IMG/VR virus record: IMGVR_UViG_3300037483_000453
Span: 32,001 to 96,000 of that record
DNA: 64,000 bases
Source of the DNA: a virus
Strand: one strand, 5' to 3'
The position numbers and the translations under genes were made by a program. This document shows, in pieces, positions 1 through 9,000 of this stretch (its first letter is position 1; every line of letters begins with the position of its first letter). The notes under the pieces are model-generated. The model ran no database searches, had not been told where the DNA came from, and saw only the letters and a list, made by a program, of their open reading frames with translations.

Positions 1-279
1 ATTCCGGCGTTTGTAGAACTGAGCGAGGCTTAGGCTGTGGTATTCCTCGGGGGATACGGCAACGTAGTGGGTATTACTGTGTAGGTTGCTACAGTGCCCA
101 CACTGCTGGCACCACCACCACCCTGTGTCGGACTCCCATTCCAGCTTATCTATGGGTGCCTGGCATATACCCAGAGTGTCACTGGCCCACAGAGGGCTCA
201 TCATACTACTGGGCCTGCCTTGGCCGGCTCTCCAAGGTTCTGTTTGCACTAGATACTGCACGTTGGTTGCGCTGCCCAT
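1..279 (-). CDS. Hypothetical protein with Cys motif, truncated by the window edge
   Basis: Hand-translated, not in the ORF track. AGGAGG RBS, ATG at 279, open to base 1: MGSATNVQ...GWWWCQQCGHCSNLH... Confidence 0.65.
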   Translation of the reverse strand, partial: MGSATNVQYLVQTEPWRAGQGRPSSMMSPLWASDTLGICQAPIDKLEWESDTGWWWCQQCGHCSNLHSNTHYVAVSPEEYHSLSLAQFYKRRN

Positions 280-300
280 GGTCCTCCTGACAGCGTCCCC

Positions 301-504
301 TCAGGGTAGTGCTTGCCTACGTATTAGTTCTCGTAGGCTCTCATCGTCGGCTGTTTCGTGCTCATTGAGCAGGACGCCGAGCTTGCTCGCCAAGGATAGG
401 AGCTCCTGACGGCTCATGGCCGTCAGAGATGCCTCATCCATGACGATGACATCGTCAGCTTTAGGAAGTTCGCACCCTGGCCAGAGTGCTACCCGGCTTT
501 TCCC
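301..504 (-). other. -1 frame extension of 489..1379 (candidate programmed frameshift product, HeH/Rho-N-like helical tail)
   Basis: Slippery G GGA AAA at 504-498. The -1 frame is open from just after a TGA at 522-520 to TGA at 303-301. Its internal ATGs (441, 420) lack an RBS. Confidence 0.6.
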
Positions 505-1379
505 GGTGACACCGTAGCCTCAAACAATGACTCTGGCTCACCGGCCAGGCTGTTCTTGACTGCCAGTGCAGCCAAGGATTGCTTGTCGACTCCCAGCTGG
601 TTGGAGGTGAGCTCAAGCACTAGAAGCATCAGCATATTCTGTGTGCGTGCCATGCCCAGGGCGATACTCTTGAGTTCGTTGACCTGTGCCAGCAGGCTTG
701 GCTGCCCCTGGCCTGCGTTACCGGGGTCTCCACTGGTCTGGGGTGCCCGAGTCATCTGTGGCGCAGGGGGAGCGTACTGCTGCTGCGGGGGGGCGATTTG
801 CGGGGCAGGTGGGGCAGCCTGGGGCATCGGGGGTGCATATTGAGGCGGTGCCTGCGGAACCCCTTGTGGGATGGGCTGCTGCGCATACTGAGGCGGGTGC
901 TGGAAGCTGGCCTGTGTGTACTGTCGTGGGTCAACAGCTTGCGGGGCAACAGCTTGCTGAGCGTACTGAGGCGCTGGTGGCAGCCCCTGTGCAGCCTGGG
1001 GAGGCGGCGGTGCATGCTGCTGGGGTTGTGGAGCATACTGCTGGGGCTGAGGTGCGTAGGCCATCGGTTGCGGGCTCACAGCTGCGGTTGTCGGGATGTG
1101 GGGGGCTTGTGGTGGCAAGGCCATTGCGGGCTGTTGAGGAGCAGCCTGGGGAGGCGGTGCGTGCCCTGTTTGCGAACCGTTATCACGCAGCTGAAGGGCA
1201 GTTTGCAGTGCATGTACCTGCGTGGCGTCGTCAGCAGCAATGAATGCCTTCTCTTCATCGGACTCATTCGGAAATAGAGCCATGGCAAGGGCGAGATTGT
1301 ATCGCTTGGGGCGAGTGAGGATCTGCAGGCCTGCAGCGTCGCGTGGTGCATTTTCTGGAGTGACTAGAGGTAGGTTCAT
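489..1379 (-). CDS. Hypothetical protein with long Pro/Gln/Ala-rich low-complexity linker
   Basis: 296-aa ORF in a tightly packed leftward operon. Ordered-looking N- and C-termini flank PQA repeats. Confidence 0.85.
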   Translation of the reverse strand: MNLPLVTPENAPRDAAGLQILTRPKRYNLALAMALFPNESDEEKAFIAADDATQVHALQTALQLRDNGSQTGHAPPPQAAPQQPAMALPPQAPHIPTTAAVSPQPMAYAPQPQQYAPQPQQHAPPPPQAAQGLPPAPQYAQQAVAPQAVDPRQYTQASFQHPPQYAQQPIPQGVPQAPPQYAPPMPQAAPPAPQIAPPQQQYAPPAPQMTRAPQTSGDPGNAGQGQPSLLAQVNELKSIALGMARTQNMLMLLVLELTSNQLGVDKQSLAALAVKNSLAGEPESLFEATVSPGKAG

Positions 1380-1382
1380 GCT

Positions 1383-1715
1383 TTATTTCCTGTGCAGTTG
1401 TATGAGGTGCTCATTCTTGGGGTTTCCCACTACACACGACACAACCTGGGTGTCAAGGCACGTGAAGCAGGCTTTAGGATCTTGGGTTCTTAGTGGGCAG
1501 GACACCTGGTTTTGGAGTACCGCCCAGTGACTGAGTACGAAGCCAGCTAATCCATGTCGCCATGAGTCAAAGACATTTGATGAGGCGTCTGGCGTGGGTT
1601 CTTCAATCATGAGTGCTGCAAGTTGGTCCCGCGTCATTGATGGGGTAGCTGGCAGGTTTAACTCACGGCATATCTGATATAGCTCTGTGTGGTTGCAACT
1701 GTTGAATATCGACAT
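1383..1715 (-). CDS. Hypothetical protein, HeH/Rho-N-like N-terminus plus Cys-rich C-terminus
   Basis: ELYQICRELNL...TRDQLAALM helical pattern; CP...CFTC...C cluster. Confidence 0.75.
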   Translation of the reverse strand: MSIFNSCNHTELYQICRELNLPATPSMTRDQLAALMIEEPTPDASSNVFDSWRHGLAGFVLSHWAVLQNQVSCPLRTQDPKACFTCLDTQVVSCVVGNPKNEHLIQLHRK

Positions 1716-1724
1716 AGATCATCC

Positions 1725-2159
1725 TCAGTATGGAGCCTCTTCCTCCATGTTCCATACCCAGATAAGGGTGTTCTCCTCACCCTCTACTTTGTCGACACGC
1801 GTGCTGAGGAAGTTGCTGTCATCAATACCAAATGCGTCTGCCATCGCATCTTCCAACAGCTTGATGCGGTTGGATGCATCAAGTTTCTTGTACCTGGTTT
1901 TCGCCTTTTCTGGCCACCCTTTGTTGAGTAGGTTGGAGAAGGCTATTTGGACAATGTACCCATAGGGCTTGTTCGGCCTGAACACCCCCAGCTCAGCTGG
2001 GTAATGTTGGACAATATAGGCGCTTGTCTCAACCTTATACCTCCTGCCCTCGGGTGTAAGAACGCGCTTTGGGATTTTCTTTCTCCCACCACCAACCACC
2101 ATTGTCATGTACGCGTGGTTGGTGGAGATGGGGATCCCAGGGATGGCAATGTGGATCAT
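1725..2159 (-). CDS. RusA-like Holliday junction resolvase
   Basis: IPGIPISTNHAY N-terminus and LDASNRIKLLEDAMADAFGIDD acidic triad typical of the RusA family. Confidence 0.75.
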   Translation of the reverse strand: MIHIAIPGIPISTNHAYMTMVVGGGRKKIPKRVLTPEGRRYKVETSAYIVQHYPAELGVFRPNKPYGYIVQIAFSNLLNKGWPEKAKTRYKKLDASNRIKLLEDAMADAFGIDDSNFLSTRVDKVEGEENTLIWVWNMEEEAPY

Positions 2160-2779
2160 CCAAACCTCGGAGGCAGCTGTCCAGGTGCGCGGCTCTGGAT
2201 GCCCCCGTAACCACCAGCGGACTCCATGGCGGCTTTTACACGCTCGATGTTCCTGGACATCATTTTCTCTGCTCGTCCGAGCGACTTTTGCTTAGCCTCT
2301 AGACGGTTCAGATGCTGCTTGTTCTTCTGCAGCTCTAGCTTCAACCATCTGTGCCTCGGGTGGATTTTCACAGCATACTTGAGGTCTTCTGCTGATGGTT
2401 TTCTGCCACCGGAACCTTCGGTAGTGTCAATGAGGTTCTTTCTGATGTGAACCTCGAGGTCCTCCATCTCATTGTTGACTTGGAGGATGATATTCTCCAG
2501 TTGACTGATGGTCTCCCCGACAAAGTTGTGCCAGGAGTCTAGCGCAGCGTAGGTCTCCATGTACTCGTTGCCACTGAGGCCCCGCAATACTTCCACCGAT
2601 ACGGTGGGCATGACTTCTCTAGGGATTGTTGGCTGTGACACCCCTGACAGGGCTAAGCGGTCTTCAATCTCTTGGTAGGTGTTCCAGGCTTCATTGAGCT
2701 CCTGCTGCTGCCGGTCGCTAGGGCCAACTGCAGCAGGCAACTCGCCAAGTCCACCGAGTTGGGTAGCGTGGTCATTCAT
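2156..2779 (-). CDS. Coiled-coil hypothetical protein (possible recombination mediator)
   Basis: 207-aa heptad-rich ORF coupled to its neighbours by ATGA overlaps. Confidence 0.7.
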   Translation of the reverse strand: MNDHATQLGGLGELPAAVGPSDRQQQELNEAWNTYQEIEDRLALSGVSQPTIPREVMPTVSVEVLRGLSGNEYMETYAALDSWHNFVGETISQLENIILQVNNEMEDLEVHIRKNLIDTTEGSGGRKPSAEDLKYAVKIHPRHRWLKLELQKNKQHLNRLEAKQKSLGRAEKMMSRNIERVKAAMESAGGYGGIQSRAPGQLPPRFG

Positions 2780-3672
2780 CGTTGCCTCCTAACCATCCCC
2801 TGCATAAGCTTCGTCCTCTTGGGTTGCCGCCCCTTCAAGATTGCTGGTTGGCATGTGTGAGAGAAGGCACACCACTTACAAGGCATGCCTTCGGTTCTCT
2901 CAGGCAGCTGCCCCGTAGTAGCCATTGCATGTGCTTTGGCAAAGCGCATCTCCAGCGTGTTCCACAACCAGTAGTCAAACTGGAATAGGTACGGTGGGTA
3001 GCTGGATGTGATGTTGGAGTTTGACTTGTTGTAGTAGAACGTCCACATCAGCGGCAGGTCTAAAGCAGCCATATATAGGGTGGTCTGTTCCTTATGGTAG
3101 TCCCGAGGTTCCCTGAGTTTTTCGTACTGCTTGTCAGACTCAGTTTTGATCTCGAGGCCAACTCTCAGCACTGCTGCGCCTTGAGGATTCCAGAATGTGA
3201 AGATGCCATCACAGGCTGAGTGTAGGTCCCATTCGGCCGCGGGCCCACCGAGGCCCGGATGGACCTTGACCTCATCTTCAAAGGTCATGGAGCACCCGGG
3301 CTCTCCGTTAATGACCCAGAGCCCCCTTGTCTTTTGGGCAATACGGTGCCAGTCGTTCTGCACCATGGAATGGACGGCCGTACCAAGTGCAAAACGCATG
3401 AGCATGTTTACGTCAGCACTGGCAGGGTCAGACTTGCGTTCTACATTCAGGATGCTGTAGACCACCAGACGAAGGCACTGAGACATCTCCGATGCGTGGA
3501 TGCCTGGTGCCCTACCCTTGCCACCGTGCACCTGTACTGGGTACTCGTAGCTATCGTCCTGATTACTGGCTACATAGTCAAAGTACGCTTGGCTCAGTGA
3601 GTTGGTAACAGCTAGGTAGCCATCGATGCCCTCTTGTGGCTGGTCTAGGTCTGATATTGTCAACAGTGGCAT
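2776..3672 (-). CDS. Solo Cas4-like PD-(D/E)XK exonuclease
   Basis: HASEMSQCLR, GTAVH, CDG...LEIKT, QTTLY and C-terminal CKWCAFSHTC (4-Cys Fe-S arrangement). Confidence 0.85.
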   Translation of the reverse strand: MPLLTISDLDQPQEGIDGYLAVTNSLSQAYFDYVASNQDDSYEYPVQVHGGKGRAPGIHASEMSQCLRLVVYSILNVERKSDPASADVNMLMRFALGTAVHSMVQNDWHRIAQKTRGLWVINGEPGCSMTFEDEVKVHPGLGGPAAEWDLHSACDGIFTFWNPQGAAVLRVGLEIKTESDKQYEKLREPRDYHKEQTTLYMAALDLPLMWTFYYNKSNSNITSSYPPYLFQFDYWLWNTLEMRFAKAHAMATTGQLPERTEGMPCKWCAFSHTCQPAILKGRQPKRTKLMQGMVRRQR

Positions 3673-3693
3673 GGTGTCTCCATCGATGCGCTC

Positions 3694-4233
3694 TTATAGC
3701 TCCCTGGTGGCATTCAAGATCCTTTCTAGTACCTTGAGCTCCACAAGAGCCCACTGGTCTTCCACGCGCCCAGTGATTTTGTCTGCGAAGTCAACCACTA
3801 CGATGGGTTCTTCACGCCCGGTGCATTCACCACGGATTTTGTTGAGTACCTTTCGGCTAACGATACTCATGTCTTGGTTGGTCGTGGACTTCATCTCTAC
3901 CCGGATGCGGTCGTAGACACGACCATCGCCCTTATACCCGGGGCGGGAACCAGATCCTGCTTGGGTTCTTCCGCCCGGCAGGCTAGCCATGACCTTGCGC
4001 TCTTGCTTCTGAGACCGCTTTTTGGTTTGTCGAGATGGCGCACGCTTTATTGTGGACTCAGGCACCATCAAAAGCAGCCGGTGTACGCCATCGGGAAGGC
4101 AGGCTGAGCAGCACGCTTTTGTTGTGTCTTCAGCCTCCCCTGACTGAAGTACGATGGATGTAAGGGACCCATGGGCCCCGCACTCACATACTCCAATGTC
4201 TTGAATGACCAGCACCTCTACCGATAGAGGCAC
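3694..4233 (-). CDS. Hjc-like PD-(D/E)XK resolvase/endonuclease with N-terminal zinc finger
   Basis: CECGAH...CCSAC; QERKV...GSGSRPGYKGDG...RVEMKST. Confidence 0.7.
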   Translation of the reverse strand: MPLSVEVLVIQDIGVCECGAHGSLTSIVLQSGEAEDTTKACCSACLPDGVHRLLLMVPESTIKRAPSRQTKKRSQKQERKVMASLPGGRTQAGSGSRPGYKGDGRVYDRIRVEMKSTTNQDMSIVSRKVLNKIRGECTGREEPIVVVDFADKITGRVEDQWALVELKVLERILNATREL

Positions 4234-5552
4234 ATGATTCCTTTGGAGGCGAGTACCTCTCTGCGCACGGCCATCTCGAAGTCGATGTCGATCTCCATCA
4301 TGCGCCTGAAGTTACGCATGCCCGGAATATTCCGAATGTCAGACAGGTCACCTGTGTCTGGTCTGAGCACATTGATCTTGCCATCTTTCTCGATGATGAC
4401 ACCACGTCTCAAACCTTCTACGATGACGGTGTCGAGTTGGTCTACCCCCGCAGCGTAGTAGAAGTCATAGTAGAACGGGAACTCACCAGTGACATTGTCG
4501 TGTGCACCGGCTTTGCCTTTGAGCAGCTCATACTTGGTTTGCTTACCCACGATGGTGCGGTGGCCATTGATCTGCTTATCAATCTTTGCGCCGCTCCAGA
4601 CACAGACATCTAGGAGCTTGCCGTGTTTACCAGCATATGCACCTGTAGTGGCCCAGTCCTTCAGGTACTTTTGCATGTTGGCTGGCGCTGTTGCCTTAGC
4701 TGAGTTGGAGCGCACCTGGGCAGAGAAGAGTAGGGTGGTCCAGTTCAGCCCATCTAGCCCACTGGTATGTGGTGTGTACTGTTTAATGAACTTGGTAATG
4801 AGGCTGGCGTTAGCTGCCCGTTTCTCATGGTCTTCGATGTCTTTATCAGCGTCGGCTTCAGGTAGGAGGATGGATACTGAGTCTACAGCGACAATACCAA
4901 ACAGCCGTGACCGAACGCAGTTGAGGGCAGTCTGCAGGATAGTTTCACCGGTGGGCCCACCAATGATGACAACTTCACCAATCTGCTGTTTATAGCTCTG
5001 CCACTCCTCCTTGGTGTACGGTGCAAAGCCACGTTGTTGGCGCTCCATGTCCCACTGGGCAATAGTCGCGTCGGGTACCGCGATCTTCAGACCCAAGTTG
5101 AGGGCACGTTTGAAGTCAAAGCCCCCTTCTACGCAAGCGAAGGCCATTGATGACTGGTCACCATACAGTCGCTGGTGCATCAGCATGTAGAGCAAGATAA
5201 GGAAGGTCTTGCCAGCATTGTCTGGTCCTGAGATGTAGGTTAGTCCACCGGCTGGTGCGCCCCCTCCGGTATCCAAGTCAAGCTGCATGATGCCGCTGGG
5301 ACGTCGCAGCTCGTAGGTGTTTGGTACGTTGGACGCATGCTCAATGACCTTGTGGTCTTTATACTGGCTGTTTTCCGAAGCTATGAACTCACGCATTGCG
5401 GTGCGGAGTGCTAGCCCTTTTGGGCCCTGTGCAGTTGGAGCTATGGACGTAGTGGCTACCTGAGGTATGACCAAGTCTTCATCGGATAGGGCCTTGTGGG
5501 ATTTCTTTGTCTTCTTCGCTGATGTTTTCTTGGTAGCCTTTTTCGTAGCCAT
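4218..5552 (-). CDS. recA: RecA/UvsX-family recombinase
   Basis: PSGIMQLDLDTGGG, Walker A GPDNAGKT, Walker B IVAVDSV, LLFSAQVR. Confidence 0.92.
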   Translation of the reverse strand: MATKKATKKTSAKKTKKSHKALSDEDLVIPQVATTSIAPTAQGPKGLALRTAMREFIASENSQYKDHKVIEHASNVPNTYELRRPSGIMQLDLDTGGGAPAGGLTYISGPDNAGKTFLILLYMLMHQRLYGDQSSMAFACVEGGFDFKRALNLGLKIAVPDATIAQWDMERQQRGFAPYTKEEWQSYKQQIGEVVIIGGPTGETILQTALNCVRSRLFGIVAVDSVSILLPEADADKDIEDHEKRAANASLITKFIKQYTPHTSGLDGLNWTTLLFSAQVRSNSAKATAPANMQKYLKDWATTGAYAGKHGKLLDVCVWSGAKIDKQINGHRTIVGKQTKYELLKGKAGAHDNVTGEFPFYYDFYYAAGVDQLDTVIVEGLRRGVIIEKDGKINVLRPDTGDLSDIRNIPGMRNFRRMMEIDIDFEMAVRREVLASKGIMCLYR

Positions 5553-5557
5553 CTAGC

Positions 5558-5740
5558 TTATTCCTTTTGTGGTGCCACTATGCGTGAGTTGGTGTGCTCA
5601 AACGGCTCTGACCCATGGTCAGGGCACATCAGAATGCTGCCGTGACGTGTGGGCGCCTTGCCACACTTTGGGCAGCCATCTGACGCCTTCTTTTCCAGTG
5701 CCTCAGAATCTACGTGTTCATTCACTCCGTACTTTTCCAT
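5558..5740 (-). CDS. Small zinc-ribbon protein
   Basis: CPKCG...CPDHG; fills the gap between the HU and recA genes. Confidence 0.7.
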   Translation of the reverse strand: MEKYGVNEHVDSEALEKKASDGCPKCGKAPTRHGSILMCPDHGSEPFEHTNSRIVAPQKE

Positions 5741-6042
5741 ATTCTTTTCCTCTGTTTGAGAGCACTGCGTAGCGCAGGCGCCTTCCTGAAGAATACCCGG
5801 ATGTGGGCAGGATTCCCTACCGCTACCTTGGCGGTACTCAGGTTTGTGTTGTTTGCCTTCTCGTACTCGACGACGTAGAGGCGGCCGATGCCGGGGAGGT
5901 AAACATCACCATCAGATACCAGGGCTTTTTTGAGCTCTTCAAGAAAGCACGTTGTGACCATGGTTACCACTCGCTGTGGTGTTCTTTTGGACCCTGGCAA
6001 CGACTGGGCCACCCTGAGGTCGAGGTCCACTTTTGTGGCCAT
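5722..6042 (-). CDS. HU/IHF-like DNA-binding protein
   Basis: FLEELKKALVSDGDVYLPGIGRL...VFFRKAPALRSAL matches the HU pattern. Confidence 0.8.
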   Translation of the reverse strand: MATKVDLDLRVAQSLPGSKRTPQRVVTMVTTCFLEELKKALVSDGDVYLPGIGRLYVVEYEKANNTNLSTAKVAVGNPAHIRVFFRKAPALRSALKQRKRIWKSTE

Positions 6043-9000
6043 CTATTTGGCCTCAGCCCATGAGCGCCCAATGCTACCTGAGACAGCTAGAGGAACAGCT
6101 AGATCGAAGGGGAACGGGTGCTCCATCCACTCCCTAATCTCAGCATCAGCTGCCTTAGCGCATTCAGCAGGTATCTCATGCATCAGTTCGTCATGGACCT
6201 GTAGGCAGGCATAAGCTCCAAAGCGCCTGTCAATGCCGGACTTGTGCAAAAGTACTTGTGCCATCTTTACGACGTCGGCAGCTGACCCCTGAATTTGGGT
6301 ATTCCCAGTGATGTAGACCTTGCCCTGTCGACGCGCTACGAAGAATGTACTGGGCAGGACAGGGCACCAGACCGCACAAGCTGTATTCATCTTGGTGATG
6401 TGCTTTTTCTGAACTTGTACTTTGTCTCGTCTAAGCAGAGTCGCGTAGTAGCACCCGGACGACTTCGGGACGTTCTTCATCTTCTTGGACTTGGGTTTGT
6501 ACTTCCTCATGTCACGGTACTTGCTTGTGGTCGCGTGGCCAGCTAGCGCCGCAAGTATCTGGAACATGCCCGCCGTTGTCTCACTCTTGCAGCAAAACGT
6601 TTGCAGGTTTTGTTGCATGTATAGCGATCCGTCACCGAGCAGCATGGACTCAAGTACTGCTTTTGCACCGCCTCTATTCAAGGACGTCATGAATGCTGGA
6701 GTGAGCTCCCGCTTCGGGAACAAACGAACCAACTTGTCTGCGTACCTCCCAATGAAGTACCAGTACACACATTTTGCACAGTTGACAGAGCGCGAGGTGC
6801 GTATGCCAAGTCGAGCAAGTAGGTTATCGATACGCTTCACGTTTGCTGGGTTTGCTCTCTTGCTTTGGCACAAGCCCACGCGTTGGCTGTGTGTAGGCTT
6901 TTGCTTCTTGCAGATGAACCCATCCGTAAGAAACCAGCCCACTAGCTCCAGGAAATCGAGGTCCTGTTTTCGTCCGCCTTGGTATGTGCCAGTGCGGAAG
7001 ATTCGGTGGTCACCATTTGTAGAGATGGTGTTTGTTCGCTTCTCCTCTGCTTTGCACGTCGTTCTGTTGTAGACCGCCCAACGATGGTCTGGCGTGGTCA
7101 GCGCACTGAACGTTTTGCTCTCGATGGAGACGATTGGCCCAGCATACTCGGGGAATAGCTTTATGTCTGTTGGGTACTCCCATTGCAGTGTTCCTTTCAC
7201 CATATCGAACGCCAGCAGCTTGTCTTTTCTTGTAACAGTATCACCGTGTAACCATCCGCGTGTGGTCAGCGCTTCCGTCTCCATGTCAACGCAGTTAGTT
7301 GCGATGCGCTCACCCTTCATACGTTCATCACGGCGGTAGCTTGCGATCTCCGGTACATTGCGTCGGCGGCCGAGGATAGTGAACGCGTACCCAGTCTGCT
7401 CAGTTTCAGCGACCGCTTCTCTGGTGAACGCGTCGACAGCCGGATAAGCCTTTTTGAACTGCTTGATCTTAGCTTCTGCTTCAGCGCGCGTGATGCCTAG
7501 CCGACTAGCCAGTTTGTCAGGGCCCATGCCGTAGATGATGCCAAAGCCTATATCCTTGGAGGCTGCACGTGCTGCCAGGCACTCACGCTGACGCGCAGTG
7601 TGCTGGTCCTCTGGTGTTTTTTTGGCGGCCTTGATTTCTTCATAGGGCATTCCAAAGATCATGGAGGCGTTGCCCATGTGGATGTCCCAGCCCTTGTTGA
7701 TGACCTCAATCATTCCGGGTTCACCGGACGCAGCGGCTAATAGGCGCATCTCCAACTGTTCATAGTCGATCACACTCAGCCGGTTACCTTCATCAGCTAT
7801 GAAAGCCCCACGTAGCCCCCACTTATCATTTTCGGGTTTCGGTATATTTTGGCAATTTGGATCGCTGCTAGATAAGCGGCCAGTATTGTGCGTCACGATG
7901 CCGCCTGTTACGTGCGACTCGTCCTCATCGATTGTGAGGCCATAGGTAACCCTGTCGTACTCATACTGAATCTCGGTTATGAACGACGTACCAAAGATGG
8001 CCGTGGGCTCTCTACTGAGGTCCCTGTCCCATCTGCGCTTGGCCCAGATGTCCCGAATGGCAGCTTCACTAACGCCGTACTTCTCAGACAACTCGGAAGC
8101 GGAGACACCACTGACCGGCTTAGTCCAAGTCAAGTCCTTCACAATGTTATCGATAGCTTGAAAAGAGACCTGGTATGTACGGGCAAGCTCAGCACGTCCC
8201 GTGCTGCCCAATGCATACTTCTCACGGATTATTTGGGCGACATCGTACGTGAGTTTGGAGGTACTGCTCGGCGGCTGACCACGGCGCTCAACTGCAAGAA
8301 TCTCTTGGACCTGCTCCTTGGTTAGCTTCGGAGCCCCGTTGAGCGTGCCGTGTGCACGTGAGTCAGCCGTGTTGTCCTTAGAGCTACCATACACCAAGTT
8401 GTCCACGGTGTTGTCCCAGGCAATCCCGTTCTTGTGCCTGACCTCTTTGCCAGCCTCTGGGTCGGGAAGGAAGGCACGGGCAACTAGAGCATGAACCCCA
8501 TAGCTCTTTCGAGATGGACCGGTAAGCGTCACTTTCAGGTGACCCCATTTATCCTTCTTTTGAAGAGCTAGAAGGGCGCCCGTGGCTTTCTTACGGACTC
8601 GGCCCCAAGAGGACACTTCATAGTTAGCGTGTTTTGGTACTTCCCTCCACGTCTCTGGGCTAGAGTGGGTGAACAGTACATTTCCTATTTTTAGCTCGTT
8701 AGCAGGGACCCAACCCTGACTGTGCAGAAACCTAGTAAGGTAGGGATGATGTCCATTTGTCCTGAGCTGCAACCCGTTTTCCAGAGTGATTTTAAGTATT
8801 GGAGTCGGCTTGTGCTTCGAGGTCTCAACTACACGGCGCTTCCGGCCGGTGTGTGTGATGACAAGATCGTTGACTCGGACCTCTTCCACTGGGAGGTAAC
8901 CGCGCGAGGTAAGAACGAGCTCGCCGGCTGGGAGACAGCGGGCTACGTCTTGGTTAAACCGTGTGTGAATACGCCCATAGGGGTCAACACGATCACGTAG

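Noticed and set aside
86-409. Plus-strand ORF with an HHHH run
   Set aside because: Antisense shadow of the minus-strand ORF 1..279 (TGG repeats) and the 301..504 frame, which have an RBS or frameshift context
556-1351. Several alternative-frame and antisense ORFs over the PQA-rich gene
   Set aside because: Low-complexity GC-rich sequence is stop-poor in other frames; no RBS or protein-like features
2776-3672. Cas4-like gene as a sign of a CRISPR-Cas system
   Set aside because: No repeat-spacer array or other cas gene in the window; solo Cas4-like nucleases are common in phage recombination modules
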